DNA of 64,000 nucleotides from Escherichia coli (GTDB lineage Bacteria; Pseudomonadota; Gammaproteobacteria; Enterobacterales; Enterobacteriaceae): NCBI RefSeq assembly GCF_044324875.1, contig NZ_CP172185.1; one strand, 5' to 3'. Shown piece by piece: positions 31,504 to 49,842 of this stretch (position 1 is its first letter; each line of letters starts with the position of its first letter). The notes under the pieces were generated by a model. It saw only the letters and a program-made list of their open reading frames with translations, ran no database searches and was not told where the DNA came from. The position numbers and the translations under genes were made by a program.

Positions 31504-33150
31504 TTATTTCACACAGCGGGTGCACTGTGTGAGTTGTATCTGCTGGAAGAAGTCATTTCCTTTATCATCCACAAGGATAAATGCCGGGAAATCTTCCACT
31601 TCAATTTTCCAGATGGCTTCCATTCCCAGTTCCGGATATTCAACACATTCCAGGCTCTTAATACTACCCTGCGCCAATACAGCGGCCGGACCACCGATAC
31701 TGCCAAGGTAGAAGCCGCCGTGTTTTTTACAGGCATCCGTCACCTGCTGGCTGCGGTTGCCTTTCGCCAGCATGATCATACTTCCGCCCTGCGCTTGCAG
31801 TTGATCGACATAAGAATCCATCCGGCCGGCGGTCGTTGGGCCAAGAGAACCGGAAGCATAACCTTCCGGCGTTTTGGCCGGACCCGCGTAGTAAATCGGA
31901 TGATCTTTAATGTACTGCGGCAGCCCTTCACCGTTATCCATCCGCTCTTTCAGTTTGGCGTGAGCAATATCACGACCAACGATAATCGTGCCATTCAGCG
32001 ATAAGCGTGTAGAAACGGGATACTGCGACAACTGTGCGAGGATCTCTTTCATCGGACGGTTAAGGTCAACGCGCACCGCTTCGCCTTCTCCCGCTTTGCG
32101 CAGCTCTTCCGGGATATATTTGCCTGGATTATGTTCCAGTTTTTCGATCCAAATCCCCTGACGGTTGATCTTTGCTTTGATATTACGGTCAGCAGAACAA
32201 GAGACGCCCATACCGACCGGGCAGGATGCGCCGTGACGTGGCAGGCGAATCACGCGGATGTCGTGAGCGAAGTATTTACCGCCAAACTGCGCACCCAGAC
32301 CAAGATTTTGCGCTTCGATCAGCAATTCTTTTTCCAGTTCCACATCGCGGAACGCCTGTCCGTGCTCATTCCCTTCCGTTGGCAGTTCATCATAGTATTT
32401 AGCGGAAGCCAGTTTCACCGTTTTAAGGTTCGTTTCTGCAGAAGTTCCACCAATAACGAACGCAATATGATACGGAGGACAGGCCGCCGTACCCAGCGTG
32501 CGCATCTTCTCAACCAGGTAATTTTTCAGTTTCCCCGGCGTTAGTAACGCTTTGGTTTCCTGATAGAGATACGTCTTGTTTGCCGAACCGCCACCTTTGG
32601 CGATACAGAGGAATTTGTACTCGTCGCCATCAACGGCATAAAGATCGATCTGCGCTGGTAGATTGGTGCCGGTATTCACCTCTTTATACATATCCAGCGG
32701 CGCGTTTTGCGAGTAGCGCAGATTATCTTCGATATAAGTGTTATAGACACCGCGTGCCAGCGCCGCTTCATCACCGCCACCGGTCCATACACGCTGCCCT
32801 TTTTTACCAACAATAATCGCGGTGCCGGTATCCTGACAGGTTGGCAGAACGCCTTTCGCCGCGATGTCGGAGTTGCGCAGGAATTGCAGCGCCACATATT
32901 TATCATTTTCGCTGGCTTCCGGGTCACGCAGAATGTCGGCCACCTGTTGTTGGTGAGCCGGACGCAGCATAAATGACGCATCATGAAACGCCTGACGCGC
33001 CAACAAAGTTAACGCTTCGGGTGCGACTTTCAAAATCTCCTGCCCTTCAAATTCAGATACGCTAACGTGTTCGCTGGTTAGCAGGTAATACTCAGTATCA
33101 TCTTTTTTGAGTGGAAAAGGAGCCTGATAATGAAAGGGTTTGTTTGACAT
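31504..33150 (-). CDS. fumA: fumarate hydratase class I (Fe-S)
   Basis: 548 aa class I fumarase. Confidence 0.85.
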   Translation of the reverse strand: MSNKPFHYQAPFPLKKDDTEYYLLTSEHVSVSEFEGQEILKVAPEALTLLARQAFHDASFMLRPAHQQQVADILRDPEASENDKYVALQFLRNSDIAAKGVLPTCQDTGTAIIVGKKGQRVWTGGGDEAALARGVYNTYIEDNLRYSQNAPLDMYKEVNTGTNLPAQIDLYAVDGDEYKFLCIAKGGGSANKTYLYQETKALLTPGKLKNYLVEKMRTLGTAACPPYHIAFVIGGTSAETNLKTVKLASAKYYDELPTEGNEHGQAFRDVELEKELLIEAQNLGLGAQFGGKYFAHDIRVIRLPRHGASCPVGMGVSCSADRNIKAKINRQGIWIEKLEHNPGKYIPEELRKAGEGEAVRVDLNRPMKEILAQLSQYPVSTRLSLNGTIIVGRDIAHAKLKERMDNGEGLPQYIKDHPIYYAGPAKTPEGYASGSLGPTTAGRMDSYVDQLQAQGGSMIMLAKGNRSQQVTDACKKHGGFYLGSIGGPAAVLAQGSIKSLECVEYPELGMEAIWKIEVEDFPAFILVDDKGNDFFQQIQLTQCTRCVK

Positions 33151-33348
33151 TGTTCTCTCACTTACTGCCTGGTTTGGTTATGCTCTGGGCGGGTGTTCCG
33201 TTGCCCTGTTAAAAGCGAGTAACAATATCCTACACACTTTTTTAACAAAAACTGAGACTAGTACGACTTTTTGCGGCTCCAGGTTACTTCCCGTAGGATT
33301 CTTGCTTTAATAGCGGGATTAATTTCCACATATAAACAGGGATTGATC

Positions 33349-34524
33349 ATGCAAAAACTCATTAACTCAGTGCAAAACTATGCCTGGGGCAGCAAAACGG
33401 CGTTGACTGAACTTTATGGTATGGAAAATCCGTCCAGCCAGCCGATGGCCGAGCTGTGGATGGGCGCACATCCAAAAAGCAGTTCACGAGTGCAGAATGC
33501 CGCCGGAGATATCGTTTCACTGCGTGATGTGATTGAGAGTAATAAATCGACTCTGCTCGGAGAGGCCGTTGCCAAACGCTTTGGCGAACTGCCTTTCCTG
33601 TTCAAAGTATTATGCGCAGCACAGCCGCTCTCCATTCAGGTTCATCCAAACAAACGCAATTCTGAAATCGGTTTTGCCAAAGAAAATGCCGCAGGTATTC
33701 CGATGGATGCCGCCGAGCGTAACTATAAAGATCCTAACCACAAGCCGGAGCTGGTTTTTGCGCTGACGCCTTTCCTTGCGATGAACGCGTTTCGTGAATT
33801 TTCCGAGATTGTCTCCCTACTCCAGCCAGTCGCAGGTGCACATCCGGCGATTGCTCACTTTTTACAACAGCCTGATGCCGAACGTTTAAGCGAACTGTTC
33901 GCCAGCCTGCTGAATATGCAGGGGGAAGAAAAATCCCGCGCGCTGGCGATTTTAAAATCGGCCCTTGACAGTCAGCAGGGTGAACCGTGGCAAACGATTC
34001 GTTTAATTTCTGAATTTTACCCGGATGACAGCGGTCTGTTCTCCCCGCTGTTGCTGAATGTGGTGAAATTGAATCCTGGCGAAGCGATGTTCCTGTTCGC
34101 TGAAACGCCGCACGCTTACCTGCAAGGCGTGGCGCTGGAAGTGATGGCGAACTCCGATAACGTGCTGCGTGCGGGTCTGACGCCTAAATACATTGATATT
34201 CCGGAACTGGTTGCCAATGTGAAGTTCGAAGCCAAACCGGCTAACCAGTTGTTGACCCAGCCGGTGAAACAAGGTGCAGAACTGGACTTCCCGATTCCTG
34301 TGGATGATTTTGCCTTCTCGCTGCATGACCTTAGTGATAAAGAAACCACCATCAGCCAGCAGAGTGCCGCCATTTTGTTCTGCGTCGAAGGCGATGCAAC
34401 GCTGTGGAAAGGTTCTCAGCAGTTACAGCTTAAACCGGGTGAATCAGCGTTTATTGCCGCCAACGAATCACCGGTGACTGTCAAAGGCCACGGCCGTTTA
34501 GCGCGTGTTTACAACAAGCTGTAA
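33349..34524 (+). CDS. manA: mannose-6-phosphate isomerase
   Basis: ORF 33271-34524; start set at MQKLINSVQNYAWGS. Confidence 0.9.
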   Translation: MQKLINSVQNYAWGSKTALTELYGMENPSSQPMAELWMGAHPKSSSRVQNAAGDIVSLRDVIESNKSTLLGEAVAKRFGELPFLFKVLCAAQPLSIQVHPNKRNSEIGFAKENAAGIPMDAAERNYKDPNHKPELVFALTPFLAMNAFREFSEIVSLLQPVAGAHPAIAHFLQQPDAERLSELFASLLNMQGEEKSRALAILKSALDSQQGEPWQTIRLISEFYPDDSGLFSPLLLNVVKLNPGEAMFLFAETPHAYLQGVALEVMANSDNVLRAGLTPKYIDIPELVANVKFEAKPANQLLTQPVKQGAELDFPIPVDDFAFSLHDLSDKETTISQQSAAILFCVEGDATLWKGSQQLQLKPGESAFIAANESPVTVKGHGRLARVYNKL

Positions 34525-34624
34525 GAGCTTACTGAAAAAATTAACATCTCTTGCTAAGCTTATTAAAGGCTTATAACACCTTCAGGCGGCCAGTCCGCCT
34601 GATTTCATTTTATGGATAATCATT

Positions 34625-36133
34625 ATGAATAAATCGCTGGTAGCGGTAGGCGTCATTGTTGCGCTAGGCGTAGTCTGGACAGGCGGCGCATGGTATACAG
34701 GCAAGAAGATTGAAACCCATCTCGAAGACATGGTCGCGCAGGCGAACGCGCAACTCAAACTGACCGCTCCTGAATCCAACCTGGAAGTGAGTTATCAAAA
34801 CTATCATCGCGGCGTATTCAGCAGTCAGCTGCAACTGTTGGTGAAACCCATTGCCGGGAAAGAAAATCCGTGGATTAAAAGCGGTCAGAGCGTCATCTTC
34901 AACGAATCGGTTGATCATGGTCCCTTCCCCCTTGCCCAGCTTAAAAAACTGAACCTGATCCCGTCGATGGCATCAATTCAAACCACGCTGGTTAATAACG
35001 AAGTTAGCAAGCCACTGTTTGATATGGCAAAAGGTGAAACGCCTTTTGAGATTAACTCCCGCATTGGTTACAGCGGAGATTCCAGTTCCGATATTTCGCT
35101 CAAGCCACTGAATTACGAGCAAAAGGATGAAAAAGTCGCCTTTAGCGGCGGCGAGTTCCAGTTAAATGCAGACAGAGACGGCAAAGCTATCTCCCTTTCC
35201 GGGGAGGCGCAAAGTGGTCGGATAGACGCGGTTAACGAATATAACCAGAAAGTACAGTTGACCTTTAATAATCTGAAAACCGACGGTTCCAGCACGCTGG
35301 CAAGTTTTGGTGAGCGCGTAGGAAATCAAAAACTGTCACTGGAAAAAATGACCATTTCAGTGGAAGGCAAAGAACTGGCACTGCTGGAAGGCATGGAGAT
35401 CAGCGGTAAATCGGATCTGGTCAATGACGGTAAAACGATCAATAGCCAACTGGATTACTCGCTAAGCAGCCTGAAGGTACAGAATCAGGATCTGGGCAGC
35501 GGCAAGCTGACTTTAAAAGTCGGCCAGATTGATGGTGAAGCCTGGCATCAGTTTAGCCAGCAATATAACGCGCAAACTCAGGCGCTGCTGGCACAGCCAG
35601 AAATTGCCAACAATCCCGAACTTTATCAGGAGAAAGTGACGGAAGCCTTCTTTAGCGCCCTGCCGCTGATGTTGAAAGGCGATCCGGTGATTACTATCGC
35701 GCCGCTAAGCTGGAAAAACAGTCAGGGTGAAAGTGCGCTGAATCTGTCGCTGTTCCTGAAAGATCCGGCAACGACTAAAGAAGCGCCGCAAACGCTGGCG
35801 CAGGAAGTAGATCGTTCGGTTAAATCTCTGGATGCGAAACTGACCATTCCGGTGGATATGGCAACTGAGTTTATGACTCAAGTAGCGAAGCTGGAAGGTT
35901 ATCAGGAAGATCAAGCAAAAAAACTGGCGAAACAGCAAGTTGAAGGTGCGTCAGCAATGGGGCAGATGTTCCGTCTGACCACCTTGCAGGACAATACCAT
36001 CACCACCAGCCTGCAATATGCTAACGGTCAGATCACGTTAAACGGGCAGAAAATGCCACTGGAAGATTTCGTTGGTATGTTTGCAATGCCGGCATTAAAC
36101 GTTCCGGTCGTACCCGCTCTTCCGCAGCAGTAA
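34625..36133 (+). CDS. ydgA: DUF945 family protein YdgA
   Basis: 502 aa with N-terminal signal/anchor. Confidence 0.85.
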   Translation: MNKSLVAVGVIVALGVVWTGGAWYTGKKIETHLEDMVAQANAQLKLTAPESNLEVSYQNYHRGVFSSQLQLLVKPIAGKENPWIKSGQSVIFNESVDHGPFPLAQLKKLNLIPSMASIQTTLVNNEVSKPLFDMAKGETPFEINSRIGYSGDSSSDISLKPLNYEQKDEKVAFSGGEFQLNADRDGKAISLSGEAQSGRIDAVNEYNQKVQLTFNNLKTDGSSTLASFGERVGNQKLSLEKMTISVEGKELALLEGMEISGKSDLVNDGKTINSQLDYSLSSLKVQNQDLGSGKLTLKVGQIDGEAWHQFSQQYNAQTQALLAQPEIANNPELYQEKVTEAFFSALPLMLKGDPVITIAPLSWKNSQGESALNLSLFLKDPATTKEAPQTLAQEVDRSVKSLDAKLTIPVDMATEFMTQVAKLEGYQEDQAKKLAKQQVEGASAMGQMFRLTTLQDNTITTSLQYANGQITLNGQKMPLEDFVGMFAMPALNVPVVPALPQQ

Positions 36134-36177
36134 TTCACAGCCAAAACGCCGGAGGTTTTTCTCTCCGGCGTTATTTC

Positions 36178-37443
36178 TTACTTCAGCATAAAGTCATACT
36201 GAATACTCATTTTCACATCCCAGTAATTCAGGCGATCGCCCAGCGCACTGCCATCGCGCTTTTCCCGCCCTTTATCGGCAGCAAGAAAGAAATTCATCCC
36301 TTGTAACGGCCCTTCGCTGACCCGATAGTTCATACCACCTAAGATACCCGCGCCTTCAATCCGCACATCTCGTTTACTGGATTCATAGCCGCGAGTCACA
36401 ATCGGTGCAAATGTCAGCGTAAATTGCGGCGTTAAACGATAGTTGACACCCAATTGCCAGGACTGCATTCCTTCACGGTTACGATCAAGACTTAATGAAA
36501 AGGGATAGCCAATGTCGGTATCCACCACGGCACCATTCATTGCATGGCGCAAATAACCACCACTGCCAAATACGCTTCCCCACGGCGCATTCCAGGTCAA
36601 TTGTCCACTAACCAATGCCGTTTCATTGGGCTGGCTGGTATTACGACTTAAACCTTCGAGTTGCGCGTAAAAGCCGAGCAACTCCCCTTTCAACGTATAA
36701 TTCGGGTCAAGCGGTATGCTTTTCTCGAGAATACTTTGTATCTGATTGGATACATCTTTCTGTACCGATGCCCCCAGAGAATAGCGACTGGTATCATCAT
36801 GCCAACTGGCGGCTAAAAAAGAACGTGCGCGGTGTTTATCGTATTTTCCCGTCTGGCTGTTATACACCCCTTCATCACGAATACCGGTTGTTGAATCGGT
36901 CCATAAAAATACTCGTGAACGCCACATTCCCCACAGATCAATATTTGGCGTTAAAGCCCAATAACCTAATGCTCCTTCAGAAACTGTCGGTAATGTACGT
37001 TGCGAACTGCCAGCCATTAACGGAATACGATAAGGTAAGCTACCATAACTATAATCCGTCCCGAAGCGACCTAATTTAAGCAGACTATTTTCACTGGGTT
37101 TTATTTTTACTGCCCCCAGGGCAAAGCCAAAACTTTTATCACCATCAAGATACCACCGGGTACTCATATCAGCACGAGCACCTAATTTATAAACATAATA
37201 CGCTCCGCCTTCAACGCCAATAATATTGGAATAATAACCACTATTGAAATCGAGCAATCCTCCCTGTACCCATGCGTAAATATCTCTTCCCGCGCCAGCA
37301 CTGGGCTTATCAGCCCTGCGCAATTCGTTTTTCAGTCTGATGCGTAGTCCCGCTTCATCGTCAGCCAGTTGCGCCGCGTAAGCAGAGGTAAGGCCAGAGG
37401 CAGCCGTCAGGCAAATAACGGCCATGGCCACTATTTTTCTCAT
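36178..37443 (-). CDS. uidC: outer membrane porin UidC
   Basis: 421 aa; signal peptide; beta-barrel-like C-terminal F. Confidence 0.85.
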   Translation of the reverse strand: MRKIVAMAVICLTAASGLTSAYAAQLADDEAGLRIRLKNELRRADKPSAGAGRDIYAWVQGGLLDFNSGYYSNIIGVEGGAYYVYKLGARADMSTRWYLDGDKSFGFALGAVKIKPSENSLLKLGRFGTDYSYGSLPYRIPLMAGSSQRTLPTVSEGALGYWALTPNIDLWGMWRSRVFLWTDSTTGIRDEGVYNSQTGKYDKHRARSFLAASWHDDTSRYSLGASVQKDVSNQIQSILEKSIPLDPNYTLKGELLGFYAQLEGLSRNTSQPNETALVSGQLTWNAPWGSVFGSGGYLRHAMNGAVVDTDIGYPFSLSLDRNREGMQSWQLGVNYRLTPQFTLTFAPIVTRGYESSKRDVRIEGAGILGGMNYRVSEGPLQGMNFFLAADKGREKRDGSALGDRLNYWDVKMSIQYDFMLK

Positions 37444-37481
37444 AGTTGCACCTTTGATGTTCTGATTATTTTTATTGAATA

Positions 37482-40714
<3,233 letters not shown>

Positions 40715-41052
40715 TTAACCAATTCTGTATTGCACACAGTTATCTGTGAGAAACCCATGGAAGAGAAATGGAAATAAAAAGAACTGACACCGCGATCAAA
40801 AAACCAAAAACTGCAATACCCACAGCGTGATATAGATCGCATTAATCTTTAAAACAGCGTTGACATAAGCCACAAAATAAGCAATCGAACGTTCGTTCGA
40901 GCATATTGGGAACGATAAACTCTCATGACATATGGCTACAGTGAATATTTGGGGGGAATTCTCCGAACCCAGGAAGGATATTTTTTGCACAGAGAAATTA
41001 CGATATGAAACGCGGGCTCAGTTGTCACCAGCCCGCGGAAAGAGAGAGAGGA

Positions 41053-41643
41053 TCAGGATGCGGTTAAGATACCGCCAATCATCGCGCGTAATCCCTGAGC
41101 AAACGACGCTTCACGCGCCAGATCTTCCGCTTCGATATCGGCCAGTACACCGTAGGTCAGATCCAGCAGTAAACGTGAAGTCATTGCCGTGTTGATGTCT
41201 GGGCTTATCTCGCCTTTTTGCTGGGCATCACGCATCCGCTGGGCAACAAATTCCGTGATCGTCATATGCTTATTTTTAAGCATGGCGGCGACCTGTGGGT
41301 TACGCATCCCTTCCGCCATAATTTCGACCACCAGCGCCCGTTGTCCAAAGGCTTCATGGGTGAGAGAGACAATAGACTCGACCATATAGTCAACGAAATG
41401 AATCCCTTCAATCGGTTCCCGGAAACGGGCCAGCGCCCTCTCCTGGTCCTGTAAGATAATCGCCTGAATCAGGGCTTCTTTGGAGATGAAATGGTGATAG
41501 AGCGTCCCGGGACTAATGGCGCAAGATTTACAGATGGCTTTCATCGAGGCACTGTGAAATCCATTTTCTGAAAAAATCTCTCTGGCAGCATTGAGGATCC
41601 GGGTCCGTGTCGGTTGTGCTTCAGTCTGCATGTTATCCATCAT
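41053..41643 (-). CDS. uidR: TetR-family repressor UidR
   Basis: 196 aa; N-terminal TetR HTH. Confidence 0.9.
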   Translation of the reverse strand: MMDNMQTEAQPTRTRILNAAREIFSENGFHSASMKAICKSCAISPGTLYHHFISKEALIQAIILQDQERALARFREPIEGIHFVDYMVESIVSLTHEAFGQRALVVEIMAEGMRNPQVAAMLKNKHMTITEFVAQRMRDAQQKGEISPDINTAMTSRLLLDLTYGVLADIEAEDLAREASFAQGLRAMIGGILTAS

Positions 41644-41863
41644 AAAACCATTATAGTTAGCGTGAATAACTAGTTTACCGCGTTGTCAGGTGAGCGCCTA
41701 TCATTGCTGTTGAATAGTGCGAAGGCACACTCTATTCGTATACTTTTCACTCGGAAATTGGTTAACCAATAGCCGTGATTTGGCTGCCAGTTATTTAGCT
41801 GAGACGTTGATGAGTTTATCCCGGTAAACAACACGCACGGTTGTTTACCGGTCCGTTAGTGTA

Positions 41864-42631
41864 TTAATTGAGCTCCTGTACCCCACCACCGGAGACGGTG
41901 AGAATTTGTCCGCTTACCCAGCTGGCTGCAGGCGAGCAAAGGAACAGCGCCGCGTTAGCAATATCTTGCGGTTGGCCCAGACGTCTAATCGGTGTGTGCT
42001 GTAACATTTTTTGTTCAATTTCAGGTGTAATAACGGATTTCAGGGCATCGGTTAATATTGCCCCCGGCGCAATGCCATTCACCCGAATATTTTTTTCACC
42101 CAGGTCAAACGCCATGTTTCTGACCAGATGACTGGCCGCAGCTTTAGATGATGCATAGGAGGTCATGTTTATATTTTTATTTTCTGCCGCCATAGAAGTA
42201 ATGGTCAGAATAACGCCACCGCCATTTTTTTCCATTTCTGGCGCAACAAGTTGTGACAGATGGAAAAAAGAAAATACATTCAGTTCATAAGCGCGGCGAA
42301 AATCTGCCATTGGCATATCAAACGGTTTAGGCCCACCGCCACCGGCGTTGTTAACCAGGATATCAACTTTACCCAGCTTACTGACGGCAAAGTCTGCCAG
42401 TGCAGAGAGTTCCTGTTCGGAAGTAATATCGCAGCGCCAGGCAAATGCCTGACCACCCAGTTGTTGAATTTCATCTACAACATGATTAGCTGCATCGGCG
42501 TTAATATCACTGACCACCACAGATGCGCCAGCAGTCGCGAATGTAATGGCAATTTCTTTACCAATACCTGCACCGGCACCTGTGATGATGGCACATTTTC
42601 CGTCGAGTCTCAGGTTGTCAGAATTAAACAC
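41864..42631 (-). CDS. hdhA: 7-alpha-hydroxysteroid dehydrogenase (SDR)
   Basis: 255 aa SDR with TGAGAGIG and YxxxK motifs. Confidence 0.9.
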   Translation of the reverse strand: MFNSDNLRLDGKCAIITGAGAGIGKEIAITFATAGASVVVSDINADAANHVVDEIQQLGGQAFAWRCDITSEQELSALADFAVSKLGKVDILVNNAGGGGPKPFDMPMADFRRAYELNVFSFFHLSQLVAPEMEKNGGGVILTITSMAAENKNINMTSYASSKAAASHLVRNMAFDLGEKNIRVNGIAPGAILTDALKSVITPEIEQKMLQHTPIRRLGQPQDIANAALFLCSPAASWVSGQILTVSGGGVQELN

Positions 42632-42742
42632 ATAAACCTCCTGTGAACTTCAGTAAAAATAAAAGGCACCGCCTGTGTGCCACATTTTTTATCATTAACC
42701 TTGAGGAAAGGACACTACCAGGTATAGCAGATAAAGAGAGGA

Positions 42743-45538
<2,796 letters not shown>

Positions 45539-45547
45539 GGATAAGAT

Positions 45548-46720
45548 ATGTTCGATTTTTCAAAGGTCGTGGATCGTCATGGCACATGGTGTACGCAGTG
45601 GGATTATGTCGCTGACCGTTTCGGCACTGCTGACCTGTTACCGTTCACGATTTCAGACATGGATTTTGCCACTGCCCCCTGCATTATCGAGGCGCTGAAT
45701 CAGCGCCTGATGCACGGCGTGTTTGGCTACAGCCGCTGGAAAAACGATGAGTTTCTCGCGGCTATTGCCCACTGGTTTTCCACCCAGCATTACACCGCCA
45801 TTGATACGCAGTCGGTGGTGTATGGCCCTTCTGTTATCTATATGGTTTCAGAACTGATTCGTCAGTGGTCTGAAACAGGTGAAGGCGTGGTGATCCACAC
45901 ACCCGCCTATGACGCATTTTACAAGGCCATTGAAGGTAACCAGCGCACAGTAATGCCCGTTGCTTTAGAGAAGCAGGCTGACGGCTGGTTTTGCGATATG
46001 GGCAAGCTGGAAGCCGTGTTGGCGAAACCAGAATGTAAAATTATGCTCCTGTGTAGCCCACAGAATCCTACCGGGAAAGTGTGGACGTGCGATGAGCTGG
46101 AGATCATGGCTGACCTGTGCGAGCGTCATGGTGTGCGGGTTATTTCCGATGAAATCCATATGGATATGGTTTGGGGCGAGCAGCCGCATATTCCCTGGAG
46201 TAATGTGGCGCGCGGAGACTGGGCATTGCTAACGTCGGGATCGAAAAGTTTCAATATTCCCGCCCTGACCGGTGCTTACGGGATTATAGAAAATAGCAGC
46301 AGCCGTGATGCCTATTTATCGGCACTGAAAGGACGTGATGGCCTTTCTTCCCCTTCGGTACTGGCGTTAACTGCCCATATCGCCGCCTATCAGCAAGGCG
46401 CGCCGTGGCTGGATGCCTTACGCGTCTATCTGAAAGATAACCTGACGTATATCGCAGATAAAATGAACGCCGCGTTCCCTGAACTCAACTGGCAGATCCC
46501 GCAATCCACTTATCTGGCCTGGATTGATCTACGTCCGTTGAATATTGACGACAACGCGTTGCAAAAAGCGCTTATCGAGCAAGAGAAGGTCGCGATCATG
46601 CCGGGGTATACCTACGGTGAAGAAGGTCGTGGTTTTGTCCGTCTCAATGCCGGGTGCCCGCGTTCGAAACTGGAAAAAGGTGTGGCTGGATTAATTAACG
46701 CCATCCGCGCTGTTCGCTAA
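45548..46720 (+). CDS. malY: cystathionine beta-lyase / MalT-regulon modulator MalY
   Basis: 390 aa PLP aminotransferase-fold protein. Confidence 0.9.
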   Translation: MFDFSKVVDRHGTWCTQWDYVADRFGTADLLPFTISDMDFATAPCIIEALNQRLMHGVFGYSRWKNDEFLAAIAHWFSTQHYTAIDTQSVVYGPSVIYMVSELIRQWSETGEGVVIHTPAYDAFYKAIEGNQRTVMPVALEKQADGWFCDMGKLEAVLAKPECKIMLLCSPQNPTGKVWTCDELEIMADLCERHGVRVISDEIHMDMVWGEQPHIPWSNVARGDWALLTSGSKSFNIPALTGAYGIIENSSSRDAYLSALKGRDGLSSPSVLALTAHIAAYQQGAPWLDALRVYLKDNLTYIADKMNAAFPELNWQIPQSTYLAWIDLRPLNIDDNALQKALIEQEKVAIMPGYTYGEEGRGFVRLNAGCPRSKLEKGVAGLINAIRAVR

Positions 46721-46823
46721 CCCCAATTGCGCAACGTAAAAAATCGTTGCGCAATCGTGGATTTTTACCCTGCTTTGTTTTTATAATGGTGCGCACTTTT
46801 ATATCCAGAAAAAGAGTGCGACC

Positions 46824-47825
46824 ATGATTGATACCACCCTGCCATTAACTGATATCCATCGCCACCTTGATGGCAACATTCGTCCCCAGACCATTCTTGA
46901 ACTTGGCCGCCAGTATAATATCTCGCTTCCTGCACAATCCCTGGCAACACTGATTCCCCACGTTCAGGTCATTGCCAACGAACCCGATCTGGTGAGCTTT
47001 CTGACCAAACTTGACTGGGGCGTTAAAGTTCTCGCCTCTCTTGATGCCTGTCGCCGCGTGGCATTTGAAAACATTGAAGATGCATCCCGTAACGGCCTGC
47101 ACTATGTCGAGCTGCGTTTTTCACCGGGCTACATGGCAATGGCTCATCAGCTGCCTGTAGCGGGTGTTGTCGAAGCGGTGATCGATGGCGTATGTGAAGG
47201 TTGCCGTACCTTTGGTGTGCAGGCGAAGCTTATCGGCATTATGAGCCGAACCTTCGGTGAAGCTGCCTGTCAGCAAGAGCTGGAGGCCTTTTTAGCCCAT
47301 CGTGACCAGATTACCGCACTTGATTTAGCCGGTGATGAACTTGGTTTCCCGGGAAGTCTGTTCCTTTCTCACTTCAACCGCGCGCGTGATGCGGGCTGGC
47401 ATATTACCGTCCATGCAGGCGAAGCTGCCGGGCCGGAAAGCATCTGGCAGGCGATTCGTGAACTGGGGGCGGAACGTATTGGACATGGCGTAAAAGCCAT
47501 TGAAGATCGGGCGCTGATGGATTTTCTCGCCGAGCAGCAAATTGGTATTGAATCCTGTCTGACCTCCAATATTCAGACCAGCACCGTGGCAGAGCTGGCG
47601 GCACATCCGCTGAAAACGTTCCTTGAGCATGGCATTCGTGCCAGCATTAACACTGACGATCCCGGCGTACAGGGAGTGGATATCATTCACGAATATACCG
47701 TTGCCGCGCCGGCTGCTGGGTTATCCCGCGAGCAAATCCGCCAGGCGCAGATTAATGGTCTGGAAATGGCTTTCCTCAGCGCAGAGGAAAAACGCGCACT
47801 GCGAGAAAAAGTCGCTGCGAAGTAA
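46824..47825 (+). CDS. add: adenosine deaminase
   Basis: 333 aa; begins [18 protein letters not shown]. Confidence 0.9.
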   Translation: MIDTTLPLTDIHRHLDGNIRPQTILELGRQYNISLPAQSLATLIPHVQVIANEPDLVSFLTKLDWGVKVLASLDACRRVAFENIEDASRNGLHYVELRFSPGYMAMAHQLPVAGVVEAVIDGVCEGCRTFGVQAKLIGIMSRTFGEAACQQELEAFLAHRDQITALDLAGDELGFPGSLFLSHFNRARDAGWHITVHAGEAAGPESIWQAIRELGAERIGHGVKAIEDRALMDFLAEQQIGIESCLTSNIQTSTVAELAAHPLKTFLEHGIRASINTDDPGVQGVDIIHEYTVAAPAAGLSREQIRQAQINGLEMAFLSAEEKRALREKVAAK

Positions 47826-47860
47826 CAAAAATGGATGGTGCTAATTGCACCATCCTCTTT

Positions 47861-48901
47861 TCACGCAAGGCACAGCGTCGCGCGATGTTTGGCGGATTCG
47901 ATGCCCAGCTCAATCAACTCCATTACCTGGATTGCCTGACTTGCCGGAACCGGATTTTCACCATCGCCATTTAACGCATCACGAATAGCCGCATAGTAAG
48001 CCGGATAATTCCCTGGTACTGTCAACAGCGTTTCTTCGACACGTTCCTCACCTTCCACGCGGGTAAGTACGCCATCACGCATATCGTAGCCCCAGTCTTC
48101 CTGCGGCAGACGCTCGCCATTTTTCAGACGTTCTTCCTGTGGATCGAGGCCATATTTCACATAACTGCCTCGGGATCCATGCACGATATAACGTGCTGAC
48201 TCAGCGGCTGCCAGCATGGTGCCGTGTAAAATGACTCGCCGCTGCGGATAGGACAAGATGGCGTGGAAATAATCAGTCGACTGCGCTCCGGGCCGTAACT
48301 GTGCCAAATCTACCGTCATGCTAACCGGTAAACCAAATAGCGTAATGGCCTGATCAAGAAGATGCGGTGCTAAATCGTACCAGATACCGCTGCCAGGGCC
48401 GCCCTGTTCACGCCAACGATCGCGCACCTGCGGACGGAAGCGGTCAAAATGAGACTCAAAGTAAGCAACTTCACCCAGTACGCCTTCCGCGAGCAAACCT
48501 TTTAGCGTCAGGAAATCGCTATCCCAGCGACGGTTATGGAATACAGACAGCACACGCCCCAGGCTTTTTGCCAGCGCTTCCAGCTCTCGCGCTTGTGACA
48601 GTGTCACGGTAAAGGGTTTATCAACGACCACATGTTTACCCGCCTCAAGCGCCGCTTTGGCTAACGGGAAATGGGTATCGTTGGGTGTAGGAATGACAAT
48701 CAGGTCTATGTTGGGATCGTTAAACAGATGCTTCGGCTCAGAGACAACCGTAACCGTTGGCCAGTCGGCTTTTACTTTTGTTTCATCGCTGCTGGAGATT
48801 ACCGCCAGTTCCAGCCCGGGCGTGCCCGCAATCAGGGGCGCATGGAAGGTTTTGCTCGCATAACCATACCCAATCAACCCAACACGGATGTTGTCGCTCA
48901 T
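47861..48901 (-). CDS. ydgJ: Gfo/Idh/MocA-family oxidoreductase YdgJ
   Basis: ORF 47861-48940; start set at MSDNIRVGLIGYGYAS. Confidence 0.85.
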   Translation of the reverse strand: MSDNIRVGLIGYGYASKTFHAPLIAGTPGLELAVISSSDETKVKADWPTVTVVSEPKHLFNDPNIDLIVIPTPNDTHFPLAKAALEAGKHVVVDKPFTVTLSQARELEALAKSLGRVLSVFHNRRWDSDFLTLKGLLAEGVLGEVAYFESHFDRFRPQVRDRWREQGGPGSGIWYDLAPHLLDQAITLFGLPVSMTVDLAQLRPGAQSTDYFHAILSYPQRRVILHGTMLAAAESARYIVHGSRGSYVKYGLDPQEERLKNGERLPQEDWGYDMRDGVLTRVEGEERVEETLLTVPGNYPAYYAAIRDALNGDGENPVPASQAIQVMELIELGIESAKHRATLCLA

Positions 48902-49143
48902 GTCATTGCCTCTCATTGAAGTATGATGGCTATTTGACACTATCCTTTACCCTCGCTCAACAGTTTAATAACCTGCCAGCAATAAGGGATGTTGTTTAAC
49001 TTAAGTCAAAAAAATAGCGAATTTTCCAACGACAAAAGCTAAATATCGCAAAAACCTCAGTAAAAATCTTGCTGGAGCTATTATTGCTAAGTAACATTTA
49101 CCCCCTGAAGTTAATGGATCAATCAACAGAGATGTGGGCTGTA

Positions 49144-49269
49144 ATGAATCGTCTTATTGAATTAACAGGTTGGATCGTTCTTGTCGTTTCAGTCATTCTT
49201 CTTGGCGTGGCGAGTCACATTGACAACTATCAGCCACCTGAACAGAGTACTACGGTACAACACAAGTAA
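49144..49269 (+). CDS. blr: small membrane protein Blr (41 aa)
   Basis: Internal start MNRLIELTGWIVLVVSVILLGV of ORF 49069-49269. Confidence 0.7.
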   Translation: MNRLIELTGWIVLVVSVILLGVASHIDNYQPPEQSTTVQHK

Positions 49270-49541
49270 GCTCTGCGCTTGTAGAGCGACATGCTGCCCG
49301 TCCGGGTGCATGTTTTCACTTGTCGGATATTAAACCAGGAATTTATTATCTTGTTCGATGTTGTTGGTGATTGTCAGAGATAGTAAAGCGCGTTACTCTT
49401 TTCAGAGCAGTTTTTCATCCCTGAATATTTGCCATCAGCGCATTCTTATTATTGTAATAACACACGCGTTCACTTTTGGTGAAATTTTATCATCACTAAT
49501 AATACCTACCCCTTTGGTATTAATTATTTTATGGACCTTTT

Positions 49542-49757
49542 ATGACTGTTCAGGACTACTTATTAAAATTTCGCAAAATCAGTTCACTCGAAAGTTTGGA
49601 AAAACTCTACGACCATCTTAATTACACCCTGACGGACGATCAGGAACTGATCAATATGTATCGTGCTGCCGATCACCGTCGCGCAGAGCTGGTTTCTGGC
49701 GGGCGTTTGTTTGACCTCGGCCAGGTACCGAAGTCCGTCTGGCACTATGTCCAATAA
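49542..49757 (+). CDS. cnu: Hha-family nucleoid-associated protein Cnu (YdgT)
   Basis: 71 aa [28 protein letters not shown]. Confidence 0.9.
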
Positions 49758-49842
49758 AGAAAGTAGCGATCGGTTATAAAAGCCTTATAATAACGCCCCT
49801 AAAATTAGATTTGCCTGTTTGCGTCGCTATTCTGGAGAACCT